DNA from: an uncultured Acidobacteriota bacterium
Lineage (GTDB): Bacteria > Acidobacteriota > UBA6911 > RPQK01 > JAPXNP01
NCBI GenBank assembly: GCA_963777605.1
Contig: CAVZRV010000007.1
Location: forward strand, 928,001 to 992,000
Direction: 5' to 3'
Length of the DNA stretch: 64,000 bases
This document shows positions 42,367-55,100 of the stretch, in pieces; position 1 is the first letter of the stretch; each line of letters opens with the position of its first letter. The notes beneath the pieces were generated by a model. That model worked only from the letters and a program-made list of their open reading frames with translations. It was not told the origin of the DNA and did not search any database. Position numbers and translations under genes: made by a program.

Positions 42367-43473
42367 ATGGATCTGACGATTCGCAAGGGCGAGTTACTGA
42401 AAGAACTCCAGTATGTCCAGGGGGTCGTTGAGCGAAAAGCTACCGTCCCCATCCTCACCAACCTGCTGCTCGAAACGACGGGCAATGCCCTTTCCATCAC
42501 CGCCACCGATCTGGATGTGACGCTCCGCTGCACGAGTCGGGCGGACGTCAAGGTGGCGGGGGCCTTCACGGTATCCGCCCGGAAGATGTTCGACATCGTC
42601 AGGTTGCTCCCGGAAGCCGACGTCCACTTGAAAGCCAGCACGTCCGAATGGCTGAACGTGACTTGCCAGCGGTCCAAGTTCAAAGTCGCGGGATTGTCAA
42701 AAGAGAACTTTCCCGAGATCCCTTCCGTCAAAGGCGAGACAGTCAAGTTGCCGGGGCGGGCCCTGCGGGTCATGATCCCGCGATGTGTTTTTGCGATAAC
42801 GCAGGAGGAATCCCGATACACCCTGAACGGAGCTCTTCTGATTGTAAAGCCGACCGGGCTGACGTTCGTCACGACCGACGGTCACCGGTTGGCTCTCCTG
42901 GCGCATCCGTGTGAGATCAGCGACGCGGTTTCCGAAAGCCGGGTCCTGGTTCCCAAGAAGACGCTGGTGGAGCTGAACAAGTTGACGGCCGAAGATGTAG
43001 AGTCGGTGACGTTCGGATTTTCCGAGAACCACCTCTTTTTCAAGGTGGCGGATAGACTGCTGGTTTCGCGCATTCTGAGCGGGCAGTTCCCGAACTTTGA
43101 GATGGTCATCCCCCGCGAAAACAACCGTCAACTGCGGGCGCAGACAGGTGAGCTCTCCAATGCCCTACGCCGGGCCTGCGTCATGGCGGACGAGCAGTCT
43201 CGAGCCGTGCGCTTCAGCCTGAAAGAAGGCACGCTCGAGCTATCGGCGGCAAGCGCCGACTACGGAGAATCGTCCGAAAGCGTCAATGTCGCCTATTCGG
43301 ACGAGCCCATGGAAATCGGCTTCAATGCTCAGTACATGCTCGACTTCCTGAATACGCTCGATGTCGATCAGGTTGATCTCTGGGTCAAGGACAAGGAAAC
43401 GCAGGGCTTGATGAAACCGGTCGATAACGACGACTTTGAATACAGCTATGTGATCATGCCCATGAAAATCTAG
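42367..43473 (+). CDS. dnaN: DNA polymerase III beta clamp
   Basis: ATDLD, TDGHRL, GQFPNF, IGFN, VIMPMKI. Confidence 0.97.
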   Translation: MDLTIRKGELLKELQYVQGVVERKATVPILTNLLLETTGNALSITATDLDVTLRCTSRADVKVAGAFTVSARKMFDIVRLLPEADVHLKASTSEWLNVTCQRSKFKVAGLSKENFPEIPSVKGETVKLPGRALRVMIPRCVFAITQEESRYTLNGALLIVKPTGLTFVTTDGHRLALLAHPCEISDAVSESRVLVPKKTLVELNKLTAEDVESVTFGFSENHLFFKVADRLLVSRILSGQFPNFEMVIPRENNRQLRAQTGELSNALRRACVMADEQSRAVRFSLKEGTLELSAASADYGESSESVNVAYSDEPMEIGFNAQYMLDFLNTLDVDQVDLWVKDKETQGLMKPVDNDDFEYSYVIMPMKI

Positions 43474-43544
43474 CGGCCCAATTCTGCCTGCCGCGGCCGG
43501 AGACGGCCGCCCCGTCGGGGACCGCCTTTCAGTTCACCCATCTG

Positions 43545-43553
43545 TGTTACAAT
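43545..43553 (+). promoter_or_regulatory. Extended -10 promoter upstream of gyrB
   Basis: TG-t-TACAAT about 300 nt before the gyrB start. Confidence 0.45.
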
Positions 43554-43733
43554 TCAAGAGTTTAGACGGTCAGTTGGCGCCTTGGTTTGGATGTTCGAAA
43601 CGGTGGCTGGCAGACCGTGTGGGAAGCTGGTCAGCTTGCCCTGCGGCACCGGATAAAGGCGTGGTTATGCAGGGAAGTTGATGGAGTGAGTTTAATGGAA
43701 CCCCGGCTTCCGGCGATCGGACAGGAGGGATGA

Positions 43734-46319
<2,586 letters not shown>

Positions 46320-46344
46320 TTTTCAATCTGCTGAGTGCCCCAAC

Positions 46345-48807
46345 ATGGACAACCTTTCGAGAGAATTGCCAGTCAACATCGAAGAGGAGATGAAATCCTC
46401 TTACCTCGACTACGCCATGTCCGTCATCATCGGACGCGCGTTGCCCGACGTTCGGGACGGCCTGAAACCGGTTCACCGCCGGGTTCTCTACGCGATGAGA
46501 GACTTAGGCAACGTGCACAACAAGCCGCACAAGAAGTCGGCCCGCGTTGTCGGCGAAGTCATCGGCAAGTACCATCCTCACGGAGAATCCGCTGTTTACG
46601 ACACGATTGTCCGGATGGCGCAGGAGTTTTCCATGCGGATGCCCCTCGTAGACGGACAGGGAAATTTCGGCTCGATCGACGGGGACTCGGCGGCGGCCAT
46701 GCGTTACACCGAAGTCCGGATGTCACGGCTGGCCGAGCAGCTTTTGATCGATATCGACAAAGAGACGGTCGATTTCCAGCCCAACTATGACGAGTCCCTG
46801 GTGGAACCGTTGGTCCTTCCGACCCGGGTGCCCAACCTGCTCGTCAACGGAACTTCCGGGATCGCTGTCGGGATGGCAACCAATATTCCGCCCCACAATC
46901 TGGGAGAAGTCGTCGATGCACTGTTGTTGATCCTCGACAACCCAGGGGCGGGGATGCGCGAGATCCTTCCGATCATTCCTGGGCCGGATTTCCCGACGGC
47001 CGGCTTTATTCACGGTCGACAGGGGATCGTTCAGGCCTACGGAACCGGTCGCGGCGTGGTTCACATGCGAGCGAAGGCTGACTTCGAGGACATGGGCCAG
47101 CGTATCGCGATCATCGTGGAAGAGCTGCCGTATCAGGTCAACAAGGCAAAGCTCATCGAACGAATTGCCCAATTGGTTCACGATAAGCGGATCGACGGTA
47201 TCAGCGACCTGCGTGACGAATCTAGTCGCGAAGGGATGCGCATCGTGATCGAGCTGAAGCGGGACGCGGTTCCCGAGATCGTGCTCAACTACCTCTATAA
47301 GCTGACTCCAATGCAGTCGTCTTTTGGGGTCATTCTCCTGGCAATCGTGGACGGGCAGCCCCGGGTCATGACCTTAAAGGAGATCCTGGTCCTATTTCTC
47401 GAACACCGGAAGGAAGTTGTCCGGCGCAGGGCTGCCTTCGAACTGACCAAGGCAGAGCAGCGCGCCCATATTCTCGAAGGACTGAAAAAGGCCCTCGATT
47501 ATCTCGATGAAATCATTACGTTGATTCGGGCGTCATCATCCCCTGCAGAGGCCAGGGAGCAACTGATTTCCCGGCTGGAGTTTACCGAGCCGCAGGCCCA
47601 GGCGATTCTGGAAATGCGCTTGCAGCGACTGACCGGCCTGGAGAGGGAGAAGATCATTGAGGAGTACGGAAGTCTGCTCAAGGAGATCGCCCGACTCCGA
47701 GAGATCCTGTCAGACGATAAGGCATTGAAGAATGTAATCCGGGAGGAGCTTCAACAGATAGGTTCCACCTTCGCGAGCCCGCGGAGGACCGTTATCCTGG
47801 ATCAGCAGGCGGACCTTACCATAGAGGACCTGATCGCCGAAGAGAACGTTGTGATCACGACCACCCGGAACGGCTATGTCAAGCGCACCGCGCTGGACGT
47901 TTACAAGAGCCAGGCCCGTGGTGGAAAGGGGCGACGGGGCATGACGACGGCCACCGAACAGGACATCATTGACGATCTCTTCGTGGCTTGGACGCACAGT
48001 TACCTGCTGATTTTCACCAACAAGGGACGGGCCTACTGGCTGAAGGTCTATGAGATACCCAACGTGGGGGCGGCTGGCCGGGGTAAACCGATCATCAACC
48101 TGATCAACATCGCCAAGGATGAGCAGATCGCCGACATCATTTCAGTGGACAGCTTTGACGATGCCCGCTTCGTGATGATGGCTTCCCGCCAGGGTTATGT
48201 AAAGAAGACCGAGCTGAAGGCATTCTCGAATCCCCGGTCCGCAGGGATCATTGCCTGCGGTGTTGATGAAGGGGATGAACTCCTCAAGGTGGAACTGGCT
48301 TCGGTCGGGGATCACGTCCTTCTTTCGACCCACGGAGGCTACTCGATCCGGTTCTCCGAACAGGACGTTCGGGCAATGGGCCGAACGGCACGGGGAGTGA
48401 AGGGACTCACCCTCAGGCAAGGTGACGGACTGGTCAGTATGTGCCTGTTGTCGGATGAAACGGGAGACGTTCTGGCGGTCACGCAAAACGGATACGGGAA
48501 GCGGACTCCCCTTTCCGAGTATCGTCTCCAGCACCGGGGCGGCCTCGGGATCATCAACATCAAGACGACCAAACGCAACGGGCAGGTCTCTGGAGTGGCC
48601 CATGTGACCAGCGAAGGTGATCTGATTCTAATTACGGAACAGGGCAAGATCATCCGGCTGCCGGTCATGCAGGCACGCCGGACGGCGGCGCGGAGCACCC
48701 TCGGAGTGAAACTGATCGACGTTGACGAAGACGATCAGGTTTCCGACATCACTGTCGTCCCACCCGAGGAAGAGGAAGTCGAGGATGAGGCTGGCGCCGA
48801 AAATTGA
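46345..48807 (+). CDS. gyrA: DNA gyrase subunit A
   Basis: [28 protein letters not shown], GyrA-box-like QARGGKG, acidic tail. Confidence 0.97.
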   Translation: MDNLSRELPVNIEEEMKSSYLDYAMSVIIGRALPDVRDGLKPVHRRVLYAMRDLGNVHNKPHKKSARVVGEVIGKYHPHGESAVYDTIVRMAQEFSMRMPLVDGQGNFGSIDGDSAAAMRYTEVRMSRLAEQLLIDIDKETVDFQPNYDESLVEPLVLPTRVPNLLVNGTSGIAVGMATNIPPHNLGEVVDALLLILDNPGAGMREILPIIPGPDFPTAGFIHGRQGIVQAYGTGRGVVHMRAKADFEDMGQRIAIIVEELPYQVNKAKLIERIAQLVHDKRIDGISDLRDESSREGMRIVIELKRDAVPEIVLNYLYKLTPMQSSFGVILLAIVDGQPRVMTLKEILVLFLEHRKEVVRRRAAFELTKAEQRAHILEGLKKALDYLDEIITLIRASSSPAEAREQLISRLEFTEPQAQAILEMRLQRLTGLEREKIIEEYGSLLKEIARLREILSDDKALKNVIREELQQIGSTFASPRRTVILDQQADLTIEDLIAEENVVITTTRNGYVKRTALDVYKSQARGGKGRRGMTTATEQDIIDDLFVAWTHSYLLIFTNKGRAYWLKVYEIPNVGAAGRGKPIINLINIAKDEQIADIISVDSFDDARFVMMASRQGYVKKTELKAFSNPRSAGIIACGVDEGDELLKVELASVGDHVLLSTHGGYSIRFSEQDVRAMGRTARGVKGLTLRQGDGLVSMCLLSDETGDVLAVTQNGYGKRTPLSEYRLQHRGGLGIINIKTTKRNGQVSGVAHVTSEGDLILITEQGKIIRLPVMQARRTAARSTLGVKLIDVDEDDQVSDITVVPPEEEEVEDEAGAEN

Positions 48808-49612
48808 CGGGAGATGGGTGCTGCTGCTGCCCATCCTGTCCTTTGTAGTGGGAACCTGGTACTTCCGGAGTGACCGCAGCGATGTGAAGGTCGCCATGGA
48901 GCGGGCCCGCGACTTCTGGCGATCGGGGGCCTACGAAGAAGCAATCGAGGCGTACACGAACCTCCAGTCCCGGAATCCGTCGAGCGAGTTGGCGCCGGAG
49001 TGCCTTTGGGAAATTGCCACTATTTACTATTACAACCTCTACGACATTTCGAACGCGATGCACTACTTTGAGCGGGTTGTCGATGAGTACCCACGCTCGC
49101 GCCTCTGCCTGGAAAGTCATCTGAAGCTTGCCGAGATCTTCGAACGCGAGCTCAATGAGCCAAACAGCGCGGTCCACCAGTGGGAGGATGCGCTGAAGCT
49201 GGGGATGGATGCCGATGAGGAGCACGAGATCGAGTTCAAGATTGCAGATGCCCAATTCAAGATGAACGAGCTCGACGAGGCATACGCCGGCTTCGAGCAA
49301 CTCGCCCAGGGGGAAGACACGGGTCACCACCTGGCTCAACAGTCCCGGGTTCGGATGGGAATCCTGCTCGAGCTCTCAAAGGACTACGAAGGGGCCATCC
49401 GCCAATTCACAGGGATCCTCGCGGCCGGCCCGTGCAAGGATTGCCGCCTGCAGGCGCAGCTGGAGTTGATCGAGTGCTATGAAGCGCTCGACCGGCTGGG
49501 AGACGCCATCGAAGCGGCGAAAAATATCAGTCCTCAAGACTATCCTTCCGATAAGCGGGGCGAAATACTTGACCGATTGACGGCCAAACGTAGATATTAC
49601 GGGTCTGAGTAA
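48785..49612 (+). CDS. Membrane-anchored TPR protein
   Basis: N-terminal hydrophobic segment, then TPR-like helices ([10 protein letters not shown]). Confidence 0.75.
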   Translation: MRLAPKIDGRWVLLLPILSFVVGTWYFRSDRSDVKVAMERARDFWRSGAYEEAIEAYTNLQSRNPSSELAPECLWEIATIYYYNLYDISNAMHYFERVVDEYPRSRLCLESHLKLAEIFERELNEPNSAVHQWEDALKLGMDADEEHEIEFKIADAQFKMNELDEAYAGFEQLAQGEDTGHHLAQQSRVRMGILLELSKDYEGAIRQFTGILAAGPCKDCRLQAQLELIECYEALDRLGDAIEAAKNISPQDYPSDKRGEILDRLTAKRRYYGSE

Positions 49613-50100
49613 TGGAACTGCTTCTTGATTTCAGCCAGTGGTGGGCCTCCCTTCAAAACGAACAGATCATTTTGATCGCTGTCGTGGCCGGCGCAGTGCT
49701 TCTGGTAGTGGCCATGCTGATCGTTTTGAGCCGGCGAAAATCGAGTGCCGTTCGGGAACTTGGGATCTCACTGAAAGGTTTTCGGGAGCGCAATCCCTGT
49801 TTCTACCGGGTAATGACCGCCGTCCTGAAGGCAGGAAAATCCTCTGAACTAACCCAGCGGGGAGACGTGCGGGCGGCCCTGCGACTGCTCCAGGATCAGG
49901 CACGCAAGCGGGGCAAGCGACCGAAGAAGCCGGAGCGAACCGCTTCGCTTCTGGCGACCGGGCAATCGGGCAAAGACCGCCAGGAAGCGGCGACGATGAC
50001 GATATTGCGAGCGGTCTACATGGATGAGACGCTCTGCAGGTCTCTCCCGAACAGTGTGATCAAGGATATCGACCGCTACCTGGACACCTTGACAGGATGA
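49612..50100 (+). CDS. Hypothetical single-pass membrane protein
   Basis: TM segment IILIAVVAGAVLLVVAMLIVL; 1-bp overlap with the upstream stop. Confidence 0.65.
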   Translation: MELLLDFSQWWASLQNEQIILIAVVAGAVLLVVAMLIVLSRRKSSAVRELGISLKGFRERNPCFYRVMTAVLKAGKSSELTQRGDVRAALRLLQDQARKRGKRPKKPERTASLLATGQSGKDRQEAATMTILRAVYMDETLCRSLPNSVIKDIDRYLDTLTG

Positions 50101-50170
50101 GCGCACTCGTTTAGACTCTCCCTTTTCGAATTTCCGGTTTTTTGTGTTTATCTATAGAAAGGGGTCTGGC

Positions 50171-50365
50171 TTGGCCGTAGTCGTTGTGCAAGATGGAGAG
50201 TCGCTGGAGAGCGCGCTGCGGCGCTTCAAGCGGAAGGTCCAGCAGGAAGACATCATCCGCGAATCCAAGAAGCATTCGTTCTTCCTGAAGCCCGGGGAAA
50301 AGCGGCGCCTGAAGAGGGCCCTGGCCGTGAAGCGGGCGCGGAAGAGAATGGCCAAACTGGGCTGA
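50171..50365 (+). CDS. rpsU: 30S ribosomal protein S21
   Basis: GESLESALRRFKRKV, FLKPGEKRR; TTG start. Confidence 0.93.
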   Translation: MAVVVVQDGESLESALRRFKRKVQQEDIIRESKKHSFFLKPGEKRRLKRALAVKRARKRMAKLG

Positions 50366-50393
50366 ACAGGGCGACCACGAACTTTCTTCAGCT

Positions 50394-50419
50394 GCCCGGG
50401 CAAGCGGTCCGGGCTTTTT
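50394..50419 (+). terminator. Intrinsic terminator after rpsU
   Basis: GCCCGGGC-AAGCG-GTCCGGGC-TTTTT. Confidence 0.65.
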
Positions 50420-50424
50420 ACTTT

Positions 50425-51303
50425 ATGGAACCAGGTGGGAGAGCTGTCGAGTACGAGAATCAGCTTCAGTCGGCGGTCTGTTACCTGCAAGCGAGGTATG
50501 GGGAGGCGCCGCGAACCTGCTGGGTTCTCGGCTCCGGACTAAGCGGTTTTACCTCTGATCTCGGAACGGCCTCGGAAGTGCCTTTTTCCGAGGTTCCAGG
50601 CTTTCCCTCGGTCTCGGTTTCCGGCCACCCCGGTACCCTATCCCTGATCGGTACGGAGCCGGCTCGGGTCTGCTGTCTGCTGGGCCGCACTCACTTCTAC
50701 GAAGGTATTCCGCTCAGCCGTATCGTGTTTCCGGTGCGTGCGCTTGCGCTCTGGGGGGTGCGAGATTTTGTCCTGACCAATGCTGCCGGGGCGATCAACG
50801 CAGATTTTGGTCCTGGCGAGCTCATGTTGATTCGGGATCACCTCAATTTTCAGGGGGACAATCCCCTGTCCGGCCCCCACTTCCCCTCCCTTGGCGAACG
50901 TTTCCCCGACATGACCGAGATCTATGACCGCTGCCTGAACGAGATCGCGGTCCGGGAGGCGGAGCGACTTGGCCTGACACTGCGCCAGGGGATTTACCTT
51001 GCGGTAAAAGGGCCGAGCTACGAGACCCCGGCGGAGATCCGGATGTTCCGCCTCTGGGGGGCGGATGCCGTTGGTATGTCAACCGTGCCGGAAGCGATCG
51101 CGTTGAGACAGTTGGGACGCCGGGTGCTTGGGCTCTCCTGCATTACCAACCTGGCAGCGGGAACGCTCTCATGTCGGCTGGACCACCAGGACGTGCTGGC
51201 GGTCGGCCGCCAGTTGCAGGGCCGGCTGAAAGGGCTTCTTTTTGAAGTGTTGCGGGCGGTCCAAGCCGAAGAAGGCGGATTTGACCATGAAACGAATCGA
51301 TAG
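50425..51303 (+). CDS. Purine-nucleoside phosphorylase (trimeric PNP/XapA type)
   Basis: LGSGL, GRTHFYEG, TNAAG, GPSYETPAE, GMSTVPE, ITNLA. Confidence 0.93.
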   Translation: MEPGGRAVEYENQLQSAVCYLQARYGEAPRTCWVLGSGLSGFTSDLGTASEVPFSEVPGFPSVSVSGHPGTLSLIGTEPARVCCLLGRTHFYEGIPLSRIVFPVRALALWGVRDFVLTNAAGAINADFGPGELMLIRDHLNFQGDNPLSGPHFPSLGERFPDMTEIYDRCLNEIAVREAERLGLTLRQGIYLAVKGPSYETPAEIRMFRLWGADAVGMSTVPEAIALRQLGRRVLGLSCITNLAAGTLSCRLDHQDVLAVGRQLQGRLKGLLFEVLRAVQAEEGGFDHETNR

Positions 51304-51833
51304 GGAAGAGTGCGTCCTGGTGGTGATCGACATCCAGGGGCGGCTGGCCGAACTGATGACGGATCGCGACCGCTTATTTGAGAATCTGGTTCGACTGATC
51401 CGCGGAGCCGGCCTGCTGGAGGTCCCGATCATCTGGACCGAGCAGGTACCGGAAAAGTTGGGTGCCACTACTGAAGTTATTCGGAAAGAACTTGCCGACG
51501 CAAACGCCGATTGCCAAGTCGGCTTTCAGTTGTGTGGGGGAACCGTCGTTCGTGGACCGGCTCAGCGCGCTGGAGCGAAGGACCGTCATTCTCTGTGGGA
51601 TCGAAACCCACGTTTGTGTCTACCAGACGGCCCTTGATCTCCTCGAAGCCGGCTACCGTGTGGAGGTCGTGACGGATGCGGTGTCTTCGAGAAGCGAGTC
51701 CAATCGGGACCTCGGGTTGAAGCGGATGAAGCAGGCTGGGGCGGGAATGCTGGGTACTGAAATGTTGCTCTTTGAACTGCAGCGGGTTGCGGAGGGAGAA
51801 CGCTTCCGCAAGCTCATCCAGATCGTCAAGTGA
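51287..51833 (+). CDS. Isochorismatase-family hydrolase, frameshift at about 51503
   Basis: VVIDIQ and TEQVPEKLG in the 5' frame; KSAFSC, GIETHVCVYQT, DAVSSR in the 3' frame; one extra A in the run at 51502-51504. Confidence 0.88.
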
Positions 51834-52179
51834 ACAGATCTCCCCGGTGATTTGCCGCATGGACCTTGGGGGAAATCACGCAACAGTGGCAGCGGCTTCG
51901 AGTTCGAATTCTCCCGATTTTGTTCGAATGTTATGAAACCTTGGGCGATAGGGGGTATCAGAGTAATTGGGCATGAAACGTGCTTCAGTTTCAGTGTGAA
52001 ATCTGATTCCGATATCGAGGCCTAGTTCTAGAACCACCACCAGTTCACCGGAACAACGCTGATAGCTCATCCTCCTGAACGAAGGGCTAGGCCTTGATTC
52101 TTTTCTAGAGACCACAAGAAGGTCGAACTTGGAGTTCGTGCCAACGGGGGCCGAATTCCTCGAAGGGAGATACGTTTTA

Positions 52180-55100
52180 ATGGCAAAGGAAAAAGAAAAG
52201 AACGGAGCAAAGTATCCGGGAATTCCCCAGGCCATGGATGGAACGGCGGCCGCCGTTTCAATGGAAACTGCGGGGAGTGAGGCGGGTGGTGTTTATCCCA
52301 TCACTCCTGCCAGTAACATGGGGGAAGGTTTCGCAGAGGCTGCGGCCGCCGGAAAGCCCAATGTTTTTGGTCGGCGGTTGGTCTTCTTTGAACCAGAGGG
52401 AGAGCATGCCGCGGCCGCGGTCACGGCGGGAATGAGCATGACCGGTCTCCGCTCGGCGAATTTTTCCGCCGGGCAGGGTATCGCCTACATGCACGAATCC
52501 CTCTACGCTGCAGTCGGCAAGCGGCTCACCTACGTCTTGAACATCGCCAGCCGGGCGATGACCAAGCAGGCGCTGAACATCCACTGCGGACATGACGACT
52601 ACCACTCGGTTGACGACACTGGCTTCTTTCAGGTGTTTGCGAAGAACGTTCAGGAAGTAGCCGACCTCAACCTCATTACTCATAAGATCGCCGAACTGGC
52701 ACTCAATCCGGGGATTCTCTCCCAGGACGGGTTTTTGACCAGCCACGTTATTGAGACGCTGCGCTTGCCCGAAGTGGAACTGGTGAAAGAGTTCCTGGGT
52801 GATCCTTCCGAAATCATCAAATGCCCCACTCCGGCGCAGAAGATGATTTTCGGCGAAACGAGAAGGCGAATTCCAGAGCTGTTCGATCTCGATTATCCTG
52901 CGATGCTGGGCGTTGTTCAGAATCAAGATTCCTATGCACAAGGCGTTGCAGCCCAGCGGCCCTTCTTTTTCGACCACATCAAAAAGATCGCAGACGGCGC
53001 ATTTGAAGAATTTGCCGCATTAACGGGGCGGAAGTATTTCCGAGCTTCGGGATACCAGGTTGAAGATGCCGACTACGTGGTGTTGGGTCAGGGCTCGATC
53101 GTTTGGAACCTGGAGGAGGTCGCTGACCACCTCCGCGAACAAGGCTTCAAGATTGGCGTTGTCAACCTGACCATGTTCCGGCCGTTCCCCGACGACCTTA
53201 TCTCCCGCCTTCTCAAGGGAAAGAAGGGAGTCCTGGTGCTTGAGCGGGTTGACCAGCCGCTGGCCGGCGACCTGCCGCTGCTTCGCGAAACCCGCGGATC
53301 AGTGCTGAAAGCCCTCGAAAACGGTCGGGCCGGCAACGGCAGTTTGCCCTATCCCACCGTGGATTCGTACGGTTCCCAGGATGCTCCGGACTTCTACTCC
53401 GGCTGTTTCGGGCTTGGTAGCCGTGACACCCAGCCGGGCGATCTGATTACGGCGATCAAGAACATGATGCCGGAAGGGGAACACAAACGATTCTTCTACC
53501 TCGGCATCGATTTTCTGCGGAAGGGCGGCTCCGACAAGCTGAACGAGCACCAGCAGGAAATCATCAAGTCTTATCCCAATATCGAAGAACTCTCCCTGCA
53601 GCCGGAAACTAATGTCAACCTGTTGCCCAAGAGTTCCCTTGCAGTACGCATACACTCAGTCGGCGGATGGGGTGCAATCACGACCGGTAAGAATCTGGCC
53701 CTGACGCTCTCCGACCTGCTGGGCATGCACGTTAAAGCTAATCCCAAGTATGGATCGGAAAAGAAAGGGCAGCCGACGACCTTCTACGCGACGTTTGCTC
53801 ATGATCCTATTCGACTCAACTGCGACCTCAGGTTCGTGGACGTCGTGCTGTCCCCCGATCCTAACGTCTTCCGCCACTCCAATCCTCTTTCCGGGTTGAG
53901 TGACGGCGGCGTGTTCATCATTCAAACCGACTTGCCCGAAGAGGAACTCTGGCAAAGCCTGCCTTCCTGGGCGAAGGAATTCATTCGCAAGCACAAGATC
54001 AAGGTCTACTACATCGACGCCTTCGCTATCGCTCGCTCGGAAGCTCCTGATATCGAACTGCAGTACCGTATGCAGGGGGCAGCTTTCCAGGGTTCCTTCT
54101 TCGCGGCATCTCCTCTCATGGAGCGGGAGAACCTCGGGGAAGAAGATCTCTTCAACGCGATTCACGCTCAGCTGAAAAAGAAGTTCGGCCATCGAGGACA
54201 TCAGGTTGTCGATGCCAACGTGCGGGTTATCTCGCGCGGCTACAAAGAAGTGAACCAACTCGACTACTCGAAGCTCTCGGACAAGCGCACGGAACTGGTG
54301 GAGATCGGAAAGGAATCGCAGAGATCCGGTCCGGCGGTCACTGCAGCTCCGATGCCCGGTGTTGGCGACCCGGGCCGCTTCGCCGATGAAGTCTTCGAGT
54401 ACTATCGAACTGGTCAGGATCCGGTTGCGGATCCCTTCGCCGCGCTCAGCGCGATTCCGGCGGCAACCGGAACCTTCCGGGATATGACCACGATCCGGTT
54501 CGAGGTACCCAAGTTCGTCGCCGAGAAGTGTACCGGTTGCGGTCACTGCTGGACCCAGTGTCCGGATGCGGCCATCCCCGGCCTGGTGCTGGAGATCGAC
54601 CAGTTGCTTCTCTCGGCTGCCCGGCAGGCTGGAAACGGCCAGCCCCTTGGCCTGTTCCCCACCCTGGTGGAGCCCCTGAGCAAGGAGGTCCGGACTCTCT
54701 TGAAGACGGTTCCCAATTCCTCCTTCGATGGAGTTCTCGACCTGGCCTACAAGAATGCCTCGAAGGCGCTCGCTCTCGAGCCGGCCAAGCAGACCGAGCT
54801 CGACGGGGAGTTTGGCAAGGTGGCGGCGGTGCTGGGCAAGCTCCCGGTCGCCAAAACGCTGCCCTTCTTCGACGTTCAGGAACGGAAAGAGGAAGGAAGC
54901 GGCGGCCTGCTTGCGGTAACGATCAATCCTTACGCCTGTAAGGGTTGTAACCTCTGCGTGGATGTCTGCCCCGATGAGGCACTGGTCACGGTGAAGCAGG
55001 ACGACAAGGTTATTGAGGAACTGCGCGAAACCTGGAAGATCTGGGAACAGCTTCCGGACACTCCGGATCGTTATGTTCAGGTGCGCGATCTTCATGAAGG

